Source of the DNA: an uncultured candidate division Zixibacteria bacterium
Lineage (GTDB): Bacteria > Zixibacteria > MSB-5A5 > GN15 > FEB-12
DNA length: 64,000 bases
Assembly (NCBI GenBank): GCA_963664195.1
Contig: OY760907.1
Coordinates: 2,816,001 to 2,880,000, forward strand
Direction of reading: 5' to 3'
Below are positions 38,484 to 48,060 of the stretch, in pieces. Every line of letters starts with the position of its first letter. Within the stretch, counting starts at the first letter, position 1. The translations under genes were made by a program, and so were the position numbers. The notes beneath the pieces are model-generated. The model saw only the letters and a list, made by a program, of their open reading frames with translations. It searched no databases and was not told the DNA's origin.

Positions 38484-40061
38484 TTGTCAACCAGTAAGGT
38501 AAAGAAAAGCTCCCTGTTTGCCTCAGCAGGTCTGGTGTCGGCAGCGACCGCGTTTTCCCGCGTTCTCGGGCTGATACGTGAGCAGATCATGGCGTACTAT
38601 TTCGGGGCCTCTCTGGCCACAGACGCTTTTGTCGCGGCCTTCCGAATCCCCAACCTCCTGCGTGACATGTTTGCGGAGGGGGCACTCTCTGCGGCCTTTG
38701 TGCCGGTGTTCAAGGAAAAGCTTGTCAACGAGGCAGAGGACGAGGCGTTTTCGCTCGCCCGGACCGTTATAACCGCGATCCTGACATTTGTTGGCGCGAT
38801 TGTGTTGCTTGGTATTGTGGCAACGCCGGTGATCGTCTTTATCTCGGCCAAGGGGTTCACAGCCGACCCGGTGAAGTTTGATCTGACGATCAGCCTGACG
38901 CGAATCATGTTCGCCTACCTCCTGTTAGTGTCGCTTTCGGCAATGATCATGGGGATGCTCAACTCGTTCGGCAGGTTCGGCATTCCGGCGTTTTCTCCGG
39001 CGCTGTTCAATCTGGGAATCATTGCGACCGTGATCGCGTTCCAGGGGTTTTTCGAGGTGCCGATCTACGCGATGGCCATTGGTGTGCTGATAGGGGGACT
39101 CGGGCAGCTTCTTATCCAGGTGCCGCCGCTGCTTCGACTCGGATTTCGATTCCAGTTCAGATTCAATTTTCTTGATCCGGCACTGAAACGAGTGCTGAGA
39201 CTTTTCTGGCCGATGGTGGCCGGGATGTCTGCCGGGCGGGTCAACATTCTGGTGAGCACATTGTTGGCCTCGTTTCTGGTTGAGGGATCGCTTTCGTACC
39301 TGAGTTATGCTTTCCGGCTGATGCATTTCCCGCTGGGCGTGTTTGCGGTTGCGTTAGGAACGGTGGCGTTGCCAAGCGCTTCAGAAGTTGCGGCCAAGAA
39401 TGACATGAAGGCGATGGAGAAGACGTTTGCCGAATCAATCAACCTGAATATGTTCCTGGTGATTCCCTCGGCTGTTTTTCTGGCACTGATCGGGCAGGAT
39501 ATGGTGGCGTTGATTTATCAATGGGGTAAGTTCACGGGCGTAGATACGGCCAACACGGCGCGGGCGCTCTGGCATTATTCTTACGGTTTGATAGGGTTTG
39601 CCGGGGTGCGGGTGACGGTGCCGTTCTATTATGCATTGAAGGATTCCAAGCTGCCGATGAGGGTTTCCATTATCACGGTGGCGCTCAATCTGGTGCTGTA
39701 CTATCCGTTGATCAAGCTCTGGAGTTTTGCCGGATTGGCGGCAGCGACCTCGATGGCCGGACTGGCGAATCTTGGCCTGTTGCTGTATTTCCTTCCCTCG
39801 CGGAACGTGAAAGTAAGTTACGGGCACTTGCTCCTAAATACCGTGCGGATCGTTCTAGCCGCTGTTGCTGCGGTGGCACTGGCCAGGTTTGTGCCGATTG
39901 ACCTTTCGGTAGGTCAGACCGAAGTAGTCGGGCGCGTTCTCAATCTGGGCGGGACGCTTGGCATTGCAGCGGTACTATATATAGTGTTCTGCTGGCTCCT
40001 GCGAGTCAGCGAAGTGACAAAAGTCGGGGGGAGTCTTTTTGGAACGTTTACGCGGAAGTGA
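38484..40061 (+). CDS. murJ: Lipid II flippase MurJ
   Basis: SRVLGLIRE, DAF..AFRIPNLLR..FAEGA, RLMHFPLG. Confidence 0.95.
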   Translation: MSTSKVKKSSLFASAGLVSAATAFSRVLGLIREQIMAYYFGASLATDAFVAAFRIPNLLRDMFAEGALSAAFVPVFKEKLVNEAEDEAFSLARTVITAILTFVGAIVLLGIVATPVIVFISAKGFTADPVKFDLTISLTRIMFAYLLLVSLSAMIMGMLNSFGRFGIPAFSPALFNLGIIATVIAFQGFFEVPIYAMAIGVLIGGLGQLLIQVPPLLRLGFRFQFRFNFLDPALKRVLRLFWPMVAGMSAGRVNILVSTLLASFLVEGSLSYLSYAFRLMHFPLGVFAVALGTVALPSASEVAAKNDMKAMEKTFAESINLNMFLVIPSAVFLALIGQDMVALIYQWGKFTGVDTANTARALWHYSYGLIGFAGVRVTVPFYYALKDSKLPMRVSIITVALNLVLYYPLIKLWSFAGLAAATSMAGLANLGLLLYFLPSRNVKVSYGHLLLNTVRIVLAAVAAVALARFVPIDLSVGQTEVVGRVLNLGGTLGIAAVLYIVFCWLLRVSEVTKVGGSLFGTFTRK

Positions 40062-42375
40062 TGTAGTTCGCGAATATCCGAGCCTGTTCCTGTTGCTGTA
40101 TGTGGTTGCGGGGATTTTGCTGGCCGATCAACTCAGGTTGCCGTCGTGGCCCTCGTTGTTGGTGGGGGTGATCTGTTTACTGCTGGTCTTCTACTCTGTC
40201 CATGGCGGACGGCCGCGTATGACGGCAGTTGCTATCGGGCTATCATTCTGTGCTATGTCGGCGTTTCATTTCAGTTTGAACCATGTTGACATAGGGCCGG
40301 GGCATTTGAGCCGTGTTGCGAGCAGCAAGCAGGTATATCATGTTTACGGACGAGTCGCTGATTGGCCGGACCTTCGCTCGGACAGGACCGAAATCAAGAT
40401 TACGGTCGATTCCTTGCGTTCGGGTCGAACCCTGCCGGTCTACGGCGCTGTCATTCTGAAGATCACCGACACGACGACCGCGCTTCAGAGGGGCGATCGA
40501 GTGGAATTCAAGGGGCGTATCTACCCGGTTGAGCAGGGAAGGCATCGTACCGGAAAGTTCGACTACGGCAGGTTTCTGAATCTGAAGGGAGTACAGGGAG
40601 TTGTCTATCTTCCGACAGTGCTGGGAGTGCGGGTGGACAGCCGGTCGGATGTCGGTTATCTGGGAATTGTCGACGACCTTCGCTCGTACATCTCCGTCAG
40701 TCTCAAGCACAATCTAACTCCTGTGTCTGCTGCTCTCGCGAGCGGGTTTCTTATAGGGGAGACGCGAGATATTCCGGCGGATGTCTATACCATGTTTCGC
40801 GACAGCGGCACGCTTCATGTACTGGCTGTGTCCGGGTCAAACGTAGCAGTCGTGGTCGTTTTCTTTCTGTTTGTGCTGCGTCCGTTCAGGCTTTCCCGCA
40901 ATCGACGAAGCGTCATACTTCTGGGTGTCATCATCCTGTTTGCCGGAGTGTGCTACGGCGACCCCTCGGTCGTGCGGGCCTCGGTCATGGCATCGCTGGT
41001 GTTGATTGTCCGGATTCTCGGACGCAGATACGATCTGAACAATATCATTGCGCTGGCAGCGCTGATACTCTTGCTCTTTGATCCTGCACAATTGTACGAC
41101 GTGGGTTTTCAGTTGTCTTTTGTGACGGCCTGGGGGCTGATTGCGTTTGTGCCAAGACTGACCGCGCTGTTCGAAACGTACCACGGTCGTGTGTGGTATC
41201 GATTTGGCGTGTTTCCGTTGTTGATTGCTGTTGTGGCGCAGCTCTGCTCGACCCCGGTCATTGCCTTCTATTTCGAGCGCGTTCCGGTGATCTCCGTTTT
41301 TGCAAACATAGTCGTTGTTCCACTTGCAGGGGTGGCGGTTGTCGCGATTCTGGCTCTATTGACCTCAGGATTGGTGCTTCCGTTGTTGGGGACGTTTGTC
41401 GGATCCCTGGTGGATCCGTTTTTACGCCTTATCGTCTGGCTGCTTCGGTTGATGGGGGGGGAGAGCATGCCCGTGCTCAACACCGGCGAATTGCTTGACG
41501 GTTCTGTTGGCCTTGGATTCGTTCTCCTTGCCTATCTGCTGCTGATGCTGGGTTTTTGGTCGATCCGCTCACTGCGAGCGAGACGCTGCGGCATGATCGT
41601 GGCTGCCATCGCGCTCAATCTGGTTCTGGTACGCGCGGTCTGGTCCGGGACTGATGCGGATTCCGCTACGTTATCGTTGCACAGTGTGCCCGGGGGAGTG
41701 GCTGGAGTAATCGGTTATCCGGAGCGGGATGTCTGTGACTTAGTCCTCACCGGCCTGGCGCGGAAGAAGTATTCGATTGATGAGACGATTCTTTCGCCAA
41801 TGTTGCAGCGAGAGGGATTCAAACGAATAGACCGGATTTTTGTGCTTTCGGCTGATTATGACGCTCTTGGCGACTTAGCGAATCTGGCGCGGCGTCTTGA
41901 CGCAAATTGCGTGTATACTACCGCCCGACTCTGCGGCAGTTTGCACGATGTCATCCGCGCCCGGGACAGCTCACGGACACCAATCGAGATCGTCTGTGCA
42001 GGAAAGTCTGAATGTGAACGGGAGGCATTTGGTCTGTTTGTGTCGGGTTCGGGAATCATCGTTCGGACGAGGGAGATTGAGGTCTGTTTGGTGGATCGCG
42101 TATCTGCCGATCTGGTTGAGCCAGATACGACTGTGGACAATCGCGTGCTGGTAATCGGGAGTCGGTGGCATCCTTCGGCGGCGGATTGGATCGACCTCCG
42201 CGCAGCCGGGTTCACGTCCATTTGCTGTTCAAAAGTTGAACAGCCGGAGACCGGCCAATATGTTGCCGCGGAGCAGGAACCGGATGCGGCTCTGCCCGAG
42301 TATGTTCACGATCTGGATCGGAGCGGAGCGGTTCGCTTTGATCTTATACGTTGCGCCCGAAATGACGATAAATAG
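40039..42375 (+). CDS. comEC: ComEC/Rec2 competence channel
   Basis: OB region FDYGRFL, SGTLHVLAVSG, PSVVRASVM, GFQLSF; C-terminal MBL-like region without HxHxDH. Confidence 0.88.
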   Translation: MERLRGSDVVREYPSLFLLLYVVAGILLADQLRLPSWPSLLVGVICLLLVFYSVHGGRPRMTAVAIGLSFCAMSAFHFSLNHVDIGPGHLSRVASSKQVYHVYGRVADWPDLRSDRTEIKITVDSLRSGRTLPVYGAVILKITDTTTALQRGDRVEFKGRIYPVEQGRHRTGKFDYGRFLNLKGVQGVVYLPTVLGVRVDSRSDVGYLGIVDDLRSYISVSLKHNLTPVSAALASGFLIGETRDIPADVYTMFRDSGTLHVLAVSGSNVAVVVVFFLFVLRPFRLSRNRRSVILLGVIILFAGVCYGDPSVVRASVMASLVLIVRILGRRYDLNNIIALAALILLLFDPAQLYDVGFQLSFVTAWGLIAFVPRLTALFETYHGRVWYRFGVFPLLIAVVAQLCSTPVIAFYFERVPVISVFANIVVVPLAGVAVVAILALLTSGLVLPLLGTFVGSLVDPFLRLIVWLLRLMGGESMPVLNTGELLDGSVGLGFVLLAYLLLMLGFWSIRSLRARRCGMIVAAIALNLVLVRAVWSGTDADSATLSLHSVPGGVAGVIGYPERDVCDLVLTGLARKKYSIDETILSPMLQREGFKRIDRIFVLSADYDALGDLANLARRLDANCVYTTARLCGSLHDVIRARDSSRTPIEIVCAGKSECEREAFGLFVSGSGIIVRTREIEVCLVDRVSADLVEPDTTVDNRVLVIGSRWHPSAADWIDLRAAGFTSICCSKVEQPETGQYVAAEQEPDAALPEYVHDLDRSGAVRFDLIRCARNDDK

Positions 42376-42394
42376 GCTCCTTGTTCCTTTCCCG

Positions 42395-42422
42395 TAAAGA
42401 AAAAGCTAATCCGGCCCGATAA
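42395..42422 (+). promoter_or_regulatory. Sigma28-like promoter motif
   Basis: TAAAG-N15-CCCGATAA upstream of the DUF4388 gene. Confidence 0.5.
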
Positions 42423-42485
42423 GAATACAGTACCGCCTTTGCGTTTGGGCAAGGGCAAATATGCTTGAATCAAGGTAATACTGTA

Positions 42486-43697
42486 ATGAGTTTGTCGGGC
42501 AATTTAAAGACAGTTTCATTCCCTGATATCCTTCAGTTGTTGGCGACTGGCAAGAAGACGGGGGTCCTGGAGTGCAAGACCACGACCCGCCAGAAGGAAG
42601 TTGCTTTCAAGGACGGTAATATCATCTATGCGTCGTCGGTCAACAGTACCGAGGATTTGCTGGGAAACATGCTACTGAAACGTGGCCGAATTTCGAAATC
42701 TGATCTGGACCGGGCGATTCAACTTCACAAGCAAACAGGTCGGCAGTTGGGAACGACACTAATCGATATGGGCCTGTTTGATAAACAGGAAATCGGTGAG
42801 TGTTTGAAGTTGCAGATCGAGGAGATTGTGTACAATCTCTTCTCATGGCAGGAAGGTGACTTTGTCTTCCACGAGGGGGATACGCCAAAGAACGCGCCGT
42901 TCCTCATCGAGCTGAACACGATGAATGTCCTCATGGAGGGCACGCGTCGTATCGACGAGTGGCTGGAAATCCAGAAAGTGTTGCCGCCGGATGATGTGAT
43001 GCTCTCAATAGCCTCATCACCCAAAGTCGCGCGGGATGAGCTGGTCATTTCGCTGGATGAGTTTCGTCTGTTGTCCATTATCAATGGTGAGCGGACACTT
43101 CCGGATCTAATCGGCATGTCACCGGCCGGAGAATTCGTCACCTGCCGTGCGTTGTACAAGCTGATAATCAACAACCTCGTTGAAGTCGCCGGGAAACGTG
43201 AGGCGGATCAGAACGCCCGCGACGAGGATGAGGAAGAGATTATTCTTTCGATCCTGTTCAAGATGTATTCCAATTGTTTTTACCGCATACGCAGCCATGT
43301 CGATGAGCTGCTCGGTGAGCACAATACGGTATTTCCGGTGTTTGCCTCGCAATATCGTAGCGGTTTGTTGAGTTTCTTCCCGGGCGTGGATCCGACTTCG
43401 GATCTCATGCCCTCGTACCAGAAGTTTGCCGCGATGGTGCGCAGCATTCCGGGGCCGATTCGGTATCACACGCTCATGGCCGGTTTGGAGAAGATGCTTT
43501 CGGAGCAGTTGCTGTACGTATATCAGATTCTTGGAAACGGATCTTTCCGGGATACCGTCACGAGCGTGAAGAAAGAGATTGCCGAACCGTTGGCGGCTCG
43601 TCGCGAGCTGGTCAAGCGGTACGGCATTGAGGAAGCTTTTTACGGCACGATCAAGCGCGCCGACAAAATGGTAAAGATGGTGAGGGGTCAAGGATGA
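42486..43697 (+). CDS. DUF4388 (PatA-N-like) protein with an MshEN-like insert
   Basis: LSGNL....PDILQLL...KTGVL, F.DG.I..A, LG..L...G repeats, W.EG.F.F, LMEG.RRIDEW. Confidence 0.8.
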   Translation: MSLSGNLKTVSFPDILQLLATGKKTGVLECKTTTRQKEVAFKDGNIIYASSVNSTEDLLGNMLLKRGRISKSDLDRAIQLHKQTGRQLGTTLIDMGLFDKQEIGECLKLQIEEIVYNLFSWQEGDFVFHEGDTPKNAPFLIELNTMNVLMEGTRRIDEWLEIQKVLPPDDVMLSIASSPKVARDELVISLDEFRLLSIINGERTLPDLIGMSPAGEFVTCRALYKLIINNLVEVAGKREADQNARDEDEEEIILSILFKMYSNCFYRIRSHVDELLGEHNTVFPVFASQYRSGLLSFFPGVDPTSDLMPSYQKFAAMVRSIPGPIRYHTLMAGLEKMLSEQLLYVYQILGNGSFRDTVTSVKKEIAEPLAARRELVKRYGIEEAFYGTIKRADKMVKMVRGQG

Positions 43698-44056
43698 GAA
43701 AGAGCCTGTTGCTAAGTGTATTGGTGATATTGGGATGGACCAACTCGGCCTATGCCGCGAACCTGGCGGTCATAACCCAGCCGCCGACCATACTCAACCT
43801 GGTAGTGTTTCTGCTGGCTTGCGTATCGGCCCTGTTCTGTTACCATGTGCTGTCTGCCGTTAAGGGCGGTCACCTCAGTAAGAGCTGGAAGTTTTTCGTG
43901 ATCGGATTTGGCGTGTTGGCGGCCAGTCAACTCGTTGGTTTGCTTCAGACGTTCGAGGTGATGGCACTTCCTGTGTGGGTGTCTCCGGCGTTAATGGTGG
44001 CTTGGATCGGGGTGTTCTTCTACGCAGTAATGGACGCGAAGCGAATACTTGGGTAG
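43694..44056 (+). CDS. Small membrane protein
   Basis: Signal peptide plus three hydrophobic segments; start overlaps the upstream stop. Confidence 0.65.
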   Translation: MRKSLLLSVLVILGWTNSAYAANLAVITQPPTILNLVVFLLACVSALFCYHVLSAVKGGHLSKSWKFFVIGFGVLAASQLVGLLQTFEVMALPVWVSPALMVAWIGVFFYAVMDAKRILG

Positions 44057-44069
44057 AGGCTAATTTCAG

Positions 44070-44098
44070 TTGACATAACTATATGTGAGATTTATAAT
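44070..44098 (+). promoter_or_regulatory. Consensus sigma70 promoter
   Basis: Perfect TTGACA-N17-TATAAT. Confidence 0.8.
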
Positions 44099-44118
44099 TA
44101 GGGCGGCAAATAAATTAG

Positions 44119-44144
44119 CTAATTGTCTAACCAGTTGCCGATAA
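44119..44144 (+). promoter_or_regulatory. Sigma28-like promoter motif
   Basis: CTAA-N14-GCCGATAA before the TPR-roadblock gene. Confidence 0.45.
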
Positions 44145-44166
44145 ACCTTTTACCGAGAATACATGA

Positions 44167-45045
44167 ATGCCTGTTGCGGTTGAGAACAATGAAATAGACG
44201 AGCGGATCGAGAAATGCGAGAAAATTCTTGCAGTGAATCCCAACTCGCAGATTTTTGCCGCATTGGCCGAGGCGTACCGTCGCAAGGGAGCTTTGGACAA
44301 AGCTTTTCGGATCTGCCAGAACGGTTTGAAGGTCCACCCCTCGTATGGTTCAGCTCACGTCGTGATGGCGAAGATCAATCTTGACCGCCGGTTGTACGAC
44401 TGGGCTGAGGCCGAGGTACAGAAGGCGATTGAGGTTGATGGTAAGAGTCGCGCTATTGAACTGCTCTTGGCTGAGATTTACCTCTATCGCGGTGAGTATG
44501 ACCGGGCCACTCGTCTTTTGAAGGCGTTGCACCGGACGGATGAAGGCAATGCGCAGATCAAGCGTTTGCTGGAGATTGCCCGGCAGATACCGGAAGAGCA
44601 GGAAGCGCAGAAATCAGGCGCTATCCGGCTCTCAGTGGCTGAGACGGTTGTCGAGACCAATGCGAAGCCTGTTGGCGAGCCGGAGGCTGAGAAGCCTCGG
44701 GACATCGGTTGTTCCGACATTTTGAAGCAGGCCATGGCGATTGCCAACGTTTTGGGAGCGCAGTTTGTTAATCCTGAAGGTTTGACGATTGAAGCGCAGT
44801 GGCGGGCGAACTTTGATGAAGCCACGAGCGGTGCAGTGTTTGGGGAGGTCGGGGCATTTCTGAACTCGGAGATGGTCAAGGCCTCTTTTGGGGAAGTTCA
44901 GACTGTCCTGGTAGAGAATGAAGGGTACGTGTTCTACCTTTTGCGGGTAAGTAACGGAATGTTCCTGTTTGTCGCTGATGCCGAGGTAAACCTTGGCACG
45001 TTGCGAATGCGATTGGGCGATCTGATGGGGCGTTTCCACCAATAA
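44167..45045 (+). CDS. TPR protein with a C-terminal roadblock/LC7-like domain
   Basis: PNSQIFAALAEAYRRKG..A...C..GL..HP.Y TPR repeats; VLGAQFVNPEGL..NLGTLR roadblock pattern. Confidence 0.75.
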   Translation: MPVAVENNEIDERIEKCEKILAVNPNSQIFAALAEAYRRKGALDKAFRICQNGLKVHPSYGSAHVVMAKINLDRRLYDWAEAEVQKAIEVDGKSRAIELLLAEIYLYRGEYDRATRLLKALHRTDEGNAQIKRLLEIARQIPEEQEAQKSGAIRLSVAETVVETNAKPVGEPEAEKPRDIGCSDILKQAMAIANVLGAQFVNPEGLTIEAQWRANFDEATSGAVFGEVGAFLNSEMVKASFGEVQTVLVENEGYVFYLLRVSNGMFLFVADAEVNLGTLRMRLGDLMGRFHQ

Positions 45046-45060
45046 GAATGCAAGGTTGAA

Positions 45061-46065
45061 ATGGAAATTACAGGACGCATCGTTCAGAAGCTCGTGCTGT
45101 TTTCTCTCGCGATGTTGATCGTCCCGATGGTTGCCTTCCCGGCACAATTCGGCACTCAACTCGCGCGGGGATCCTTGATCACGGTATTGTACGAGCTGGC
45201 GTACTACGGGTTCGTGGTGTACATGTTGAAGCGACGTGGTGGTCTCCTGCAGTTGATGCCTGCCGCCGGGATTTGCCTGGTGTACCGACTGCTCATGGGC
45301 GCGCTGTTTGGTCTAACCATATCGGCGTTGTACTCGATGGACGCCCGTCTGTCACTGACGTTTGGTTTGTCGAGCTACTTGCCCGGAATACTGTTTCACG
45401 TAGTGATGGCACCTTTCGTGCTGAAGGCATTGATTGACCAGTATTATCAGGCTGTTTTGCCGGCCCAGCGGGCGAAATTTGATCATCCGGAAACGGAAGG
45501 CGTAGAACAGGGACGGACTTCGTTGGCCGTTTCGAAAGACCGCGGCTTTGTTTCTGACCAGACCCCGCAGCAACCGGAGGTGGTGCGCGCCGAGATAGCA
45601 CCGGAGTCGACCTCTTCGCCGAGAGCGATTTCCGAGCCGCCGAGTTCCGGTGACGCGCACGGTTTTGACCGGGCAGTAAAGTATATCGGTGAACACGGTT
45701 CGGTGCATCTGGCTGCCGTGGTGGATGTCGAAGGATTGTTGCTGGCAAACTATGTTCGTGGCTCCTTTGATCCGGAAGAGTGGGCACCTCTGGCGCTCCT
45801 GTTCCAGAGCAGTTCCAGCAGGATTCTTGCGCGCGGGCGTCTTGGTTCACCGGAGAAGATTGACTTCAGATTGGCCGATACTCGATTGAGTGTTGCTACA
45901 GGTCAGGGATTCTCCCTGATAGTGATATCGGAGCGTCAGTCCGACGATGTCCTTGGCATCCGGATAAACCAGGCGCTCGAAATGATCAGGAAGTTTGTTG
46001 ATGAGCGTTACAGCGGCAAGCTGAACTCTAACGCGGAGAGAATACATGTACGAAGTGCTGAATGA
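45061..46065 (+). CDS. Multi-TM membrane protein with a C-terminal roadblock/LC7 domain
   Basis: About four N-terminal hydrophobic segments, polar linker, VHLAAVVDVEGLLLA..LGIR roadblock pattern. Confidence 0.72.
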   Translation: MEITGRIVQKLVLFSLAMLIVPMVAFPAQFGTQLARGSLITVLYELAYYGFVVYMLKRRGGLLQLMPAAGICLVYRLLMGALFGLTISALYSMDARLSLTFGLSSYLPGILFHVVMAPFVLKALIDQYYQAVLPAQRAKFDHPETEGVEQGRTSLAVSKDRGFVSDQTPQQPEVVRAEIAPESTSSPRAISEPPSSGDAHGFDRAVKYIGEHGSVHLAAVVDVEGLLLANYVRGSFDPEEWAPLALLFQSSSSRILARGRLGSPEKIDFRLADTRLSVATGQGFSLIVISERQSDDVLGIRINQALEMIRKFVDERYSGKLNSNAERIHVRSAE

Positions 46066-46387
46066 CCTTAACAAGACGCCCGGGATCACCGGCTCGATGG
46101 TTGTTGGAAACGACGGCATCGTGATCGCCTCGGATCTGAAGGAAGATTTCGAGAGCGATACCGTGGGCGCCCTCGCGGCCTCGATCACCAGCAACATCCA
46201 GAAATCGCTGGATCGTCTGGAGACCAAACCGTGGGCACAGGTGACGATTGAGTCTGACAATGCCAAACTGTTTTTCACCGACGCCCAGTTGGGTATTCTT
46301 GTCGTAACGACAGAGAAGATGGTGAACATTGGCCTTGTACGGCTGGAGATTAAGAACGCGATAGATAAACTGAGGCTGGCCGGTTAA
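46046..46387 (+). CDS. Roadblock/LC7 protein (MglB/MglC-like)
   Basis: PGITGSMVVGNDGIVIAS, GALAA, NIGLVRLEI. Confidence 0.85.
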   Translation: MYEVLNDLNKTPGITGSMVVGNDGIVIASDLKEDFESDTVGALAASITSNIQKSLDRLETKPWAQVTIESDNAKLFFTDAQLGILVVTTEKMVNIGLVRLEIKNAIDKLRLAG

Positions 46388-46417
46388 GTCGGTCGAACCC
46401 AACTTGGACTAGGTGCC

Positions 46418-47473
46418 ATGGTTTCGATAAATTATTCTGCACGAGAAGTGTGCTGTAAGATTGTGTATTACGGGCCGGGTCTGTCTGGCAAGACGACCAA
46501 CTTGCAATACGTGCACGGCAAGGTCCCGCAAGATACGCGGGGCAAACTGATTTCGCTGGCCACTGAGGCGGACCGGACGCTGTACTTTGATTTTCTTCCG
46601 ATCAATATCGGAACGATCAACGGCTTTCAGGCCAAGTTCCAGTTGTACACGGTCCCCGGTCAGGTCTACTACAACGCGACCCGTAAGCTCGTATTGCGCG
46701 GGTGCGACGGAGTCGTTTTTGTGGCCGACAGCCAGCCGGACAAGATGGACGAGAACCTCGAATCGCTGGCCAATCTCGAAGAGAACCTTCGTGAGTACGG
46801 CTACGATCCGGACACGATGCCGTTGGTGATTCAGTACAACAAGCAGGATCTTCCGGGTGTGATGAGCACCGCTGATCTGGATGCTATATTGAATCCGAAA
46901 GGGCGTCCCACGTTTGAGGCCTCGGCCACGGTAGGTAACGGCGTTTTTGATACGCTGAAGAAAATCATCAAGATGGTTCTCGAGAAGGCCAAGGCAACAG
47001 GTGAGGCTCCTTCCGCACAGGCCCAGAGGCCGGTTGCGACTGCAGCGCCGGTTGCAGCGCCCGCTCCGGTAGAAGCGGCTTACCCGTCATCGCAGCCTGA
47101 ACAGGAACGTGTACCGGTGTCGGCGGTAGCGGCTCCGCCTGAGTCGGCTGAGAAACCTGTTCCGGCCTCCGTGATGGCTGCCACGGCAGTAGAAGTTGCC
47201 GCTCCTGCGGCCACTGCCACGGCACATCGACCGTATCCCGGGAGTACTGGAAGTATAGATCGTAAGGCGGTGCCGGTTGGATTTGGCCAGCAGGAACCGG
47301 AGGCAGCGGTGGCAACTCCGCCGGCTCCGACCGCTGAGACCGAGGTTAGCACGCCGACCGAACCGCAGGAAGAATCGCGTTCTGGATCCTCGCCTCAAAT
47401 GGCTCCGTCACTGCGTCGTCGTGGCGAGTCCAAGAAGCGTGGATTCTTCAAACGCCTGTTTGGTATTAAGTAA
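46418..47473 (+). CDS. mglA: MglA-type small GTPase with an Ala/Pro-rich extension and amphipathic C-terminal tail
   Basis: KIVYYGPGLSGKTTNL, DRTLYFDF, YTVPGQVYYN, QYNKQDLP; tail KKRGFFKRLFGIK. Confidence 0.92.
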   Translation: MVSINYSAREVCCKIVYYGPGLSGKTTNLQYVHGKVPQDTRGKLISLATEADRTLYFDFLPINIGTINGFQAKFQLYTVPGQVYYNATRKLVLRGCDGVVFVADSQPDKMDENLESLANLEENLREYGYDPDTMPLVIQYNKQDLPGVMSTADLDAILNPKGRPTFEASATVGNGVFDTLKKIIKMVLEKAKATGEAPSAQAQRPVATAAPVAAPAPVEAAYPSSQPEQERVPVSAVAAPPESAEKPVPASVMAATAVEVAAPAATATAHRPYPGSTGSIDRKAVPVGFGQQEPEAAVATPPAPTAETEVSTPTEPQEESRSGSSPQMAPSLRRRGESKKRGFFKRLFGIK

Positions 47474-47495
47474 ATTCGTTGAACCGGAGGACGCA

Positions 47496-47984
47496 ATGTC
47501 TGACGATAGCTTGATCATATACGAGGAAGAGATCAACAAGATTGATGCTCTCCTGAAGAAGATGCTCAAAGGGGCTGAAGCCAAATGTGCTCTTCTCGTT
47601 GACAAAGACGGACACCTGATAACTCGTCAGGGGTTCACTCACTCGCTTGATACAACAGCGCTGGCGGCGCTCCTGGCGGGGTCGTTTGCCTCGACCAAGG
47701 AGATAGCCAAACTCGTCGGTGAGCCGGAGTTTTCGGTGCTGTTCCACCAGGGTAAGAAAGATCACATCCACATGTCTATTGTGGGTGAACGCTCGATACT
47801 GGTTGTTATTTTCGATGATCGGACCACCATCGGTATGGTACGTCTGTACGCCAAGGAGACTGCGGTTGAACTGGCCAACATCTTTGAAGAAGTACAGACT
47901 CGCAAGGAAGAGGTGCCGCAGGGAATCTCCGACGAATTCTCGGATATGGCGCAAGACAAACTTGACGACATCTTTCAGGACTAG
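47496..47984 (+). CDS. mglB: MglB roadblock GAP
   Basis: IYEEE..KI, LVDKDG.LI, DTTALA.L.AG, AKLVGE.EF...FHQG, VIFD.RT.IGMVRL, acidic C-terminal helix; closely resembles myxobacterial MglB. Confidence 0.9.
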   Translation: MSDDSLIIYEEEINKIDALLKKMLKGAEAKCALLVDKDGHLITRQGFTHSLDTTALAALLAGSFASTKEIAKLVGEPEFSVLFHQGKKDHIHMSIVGERSILVVIFDDRTTIGMVRLYAKETAVELANIFEEVQTRKEEVPQGISDEFSDMAQDKLDDIFQD

Positions 47985-48060
47985 TCTGTCCTGATATTGA
48001 AGAGGCGCCGCCGGCTGGCGGCTGGACAACGAACTAAACGATAGGACTGGCGACCAACCG

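Noticed and set aside
47277..47495. Long N-terminal extension of mglB overlapping mglA
   Set aside because: A GGAGG RBS precedes ATG 47496, and MglB similarity starts there
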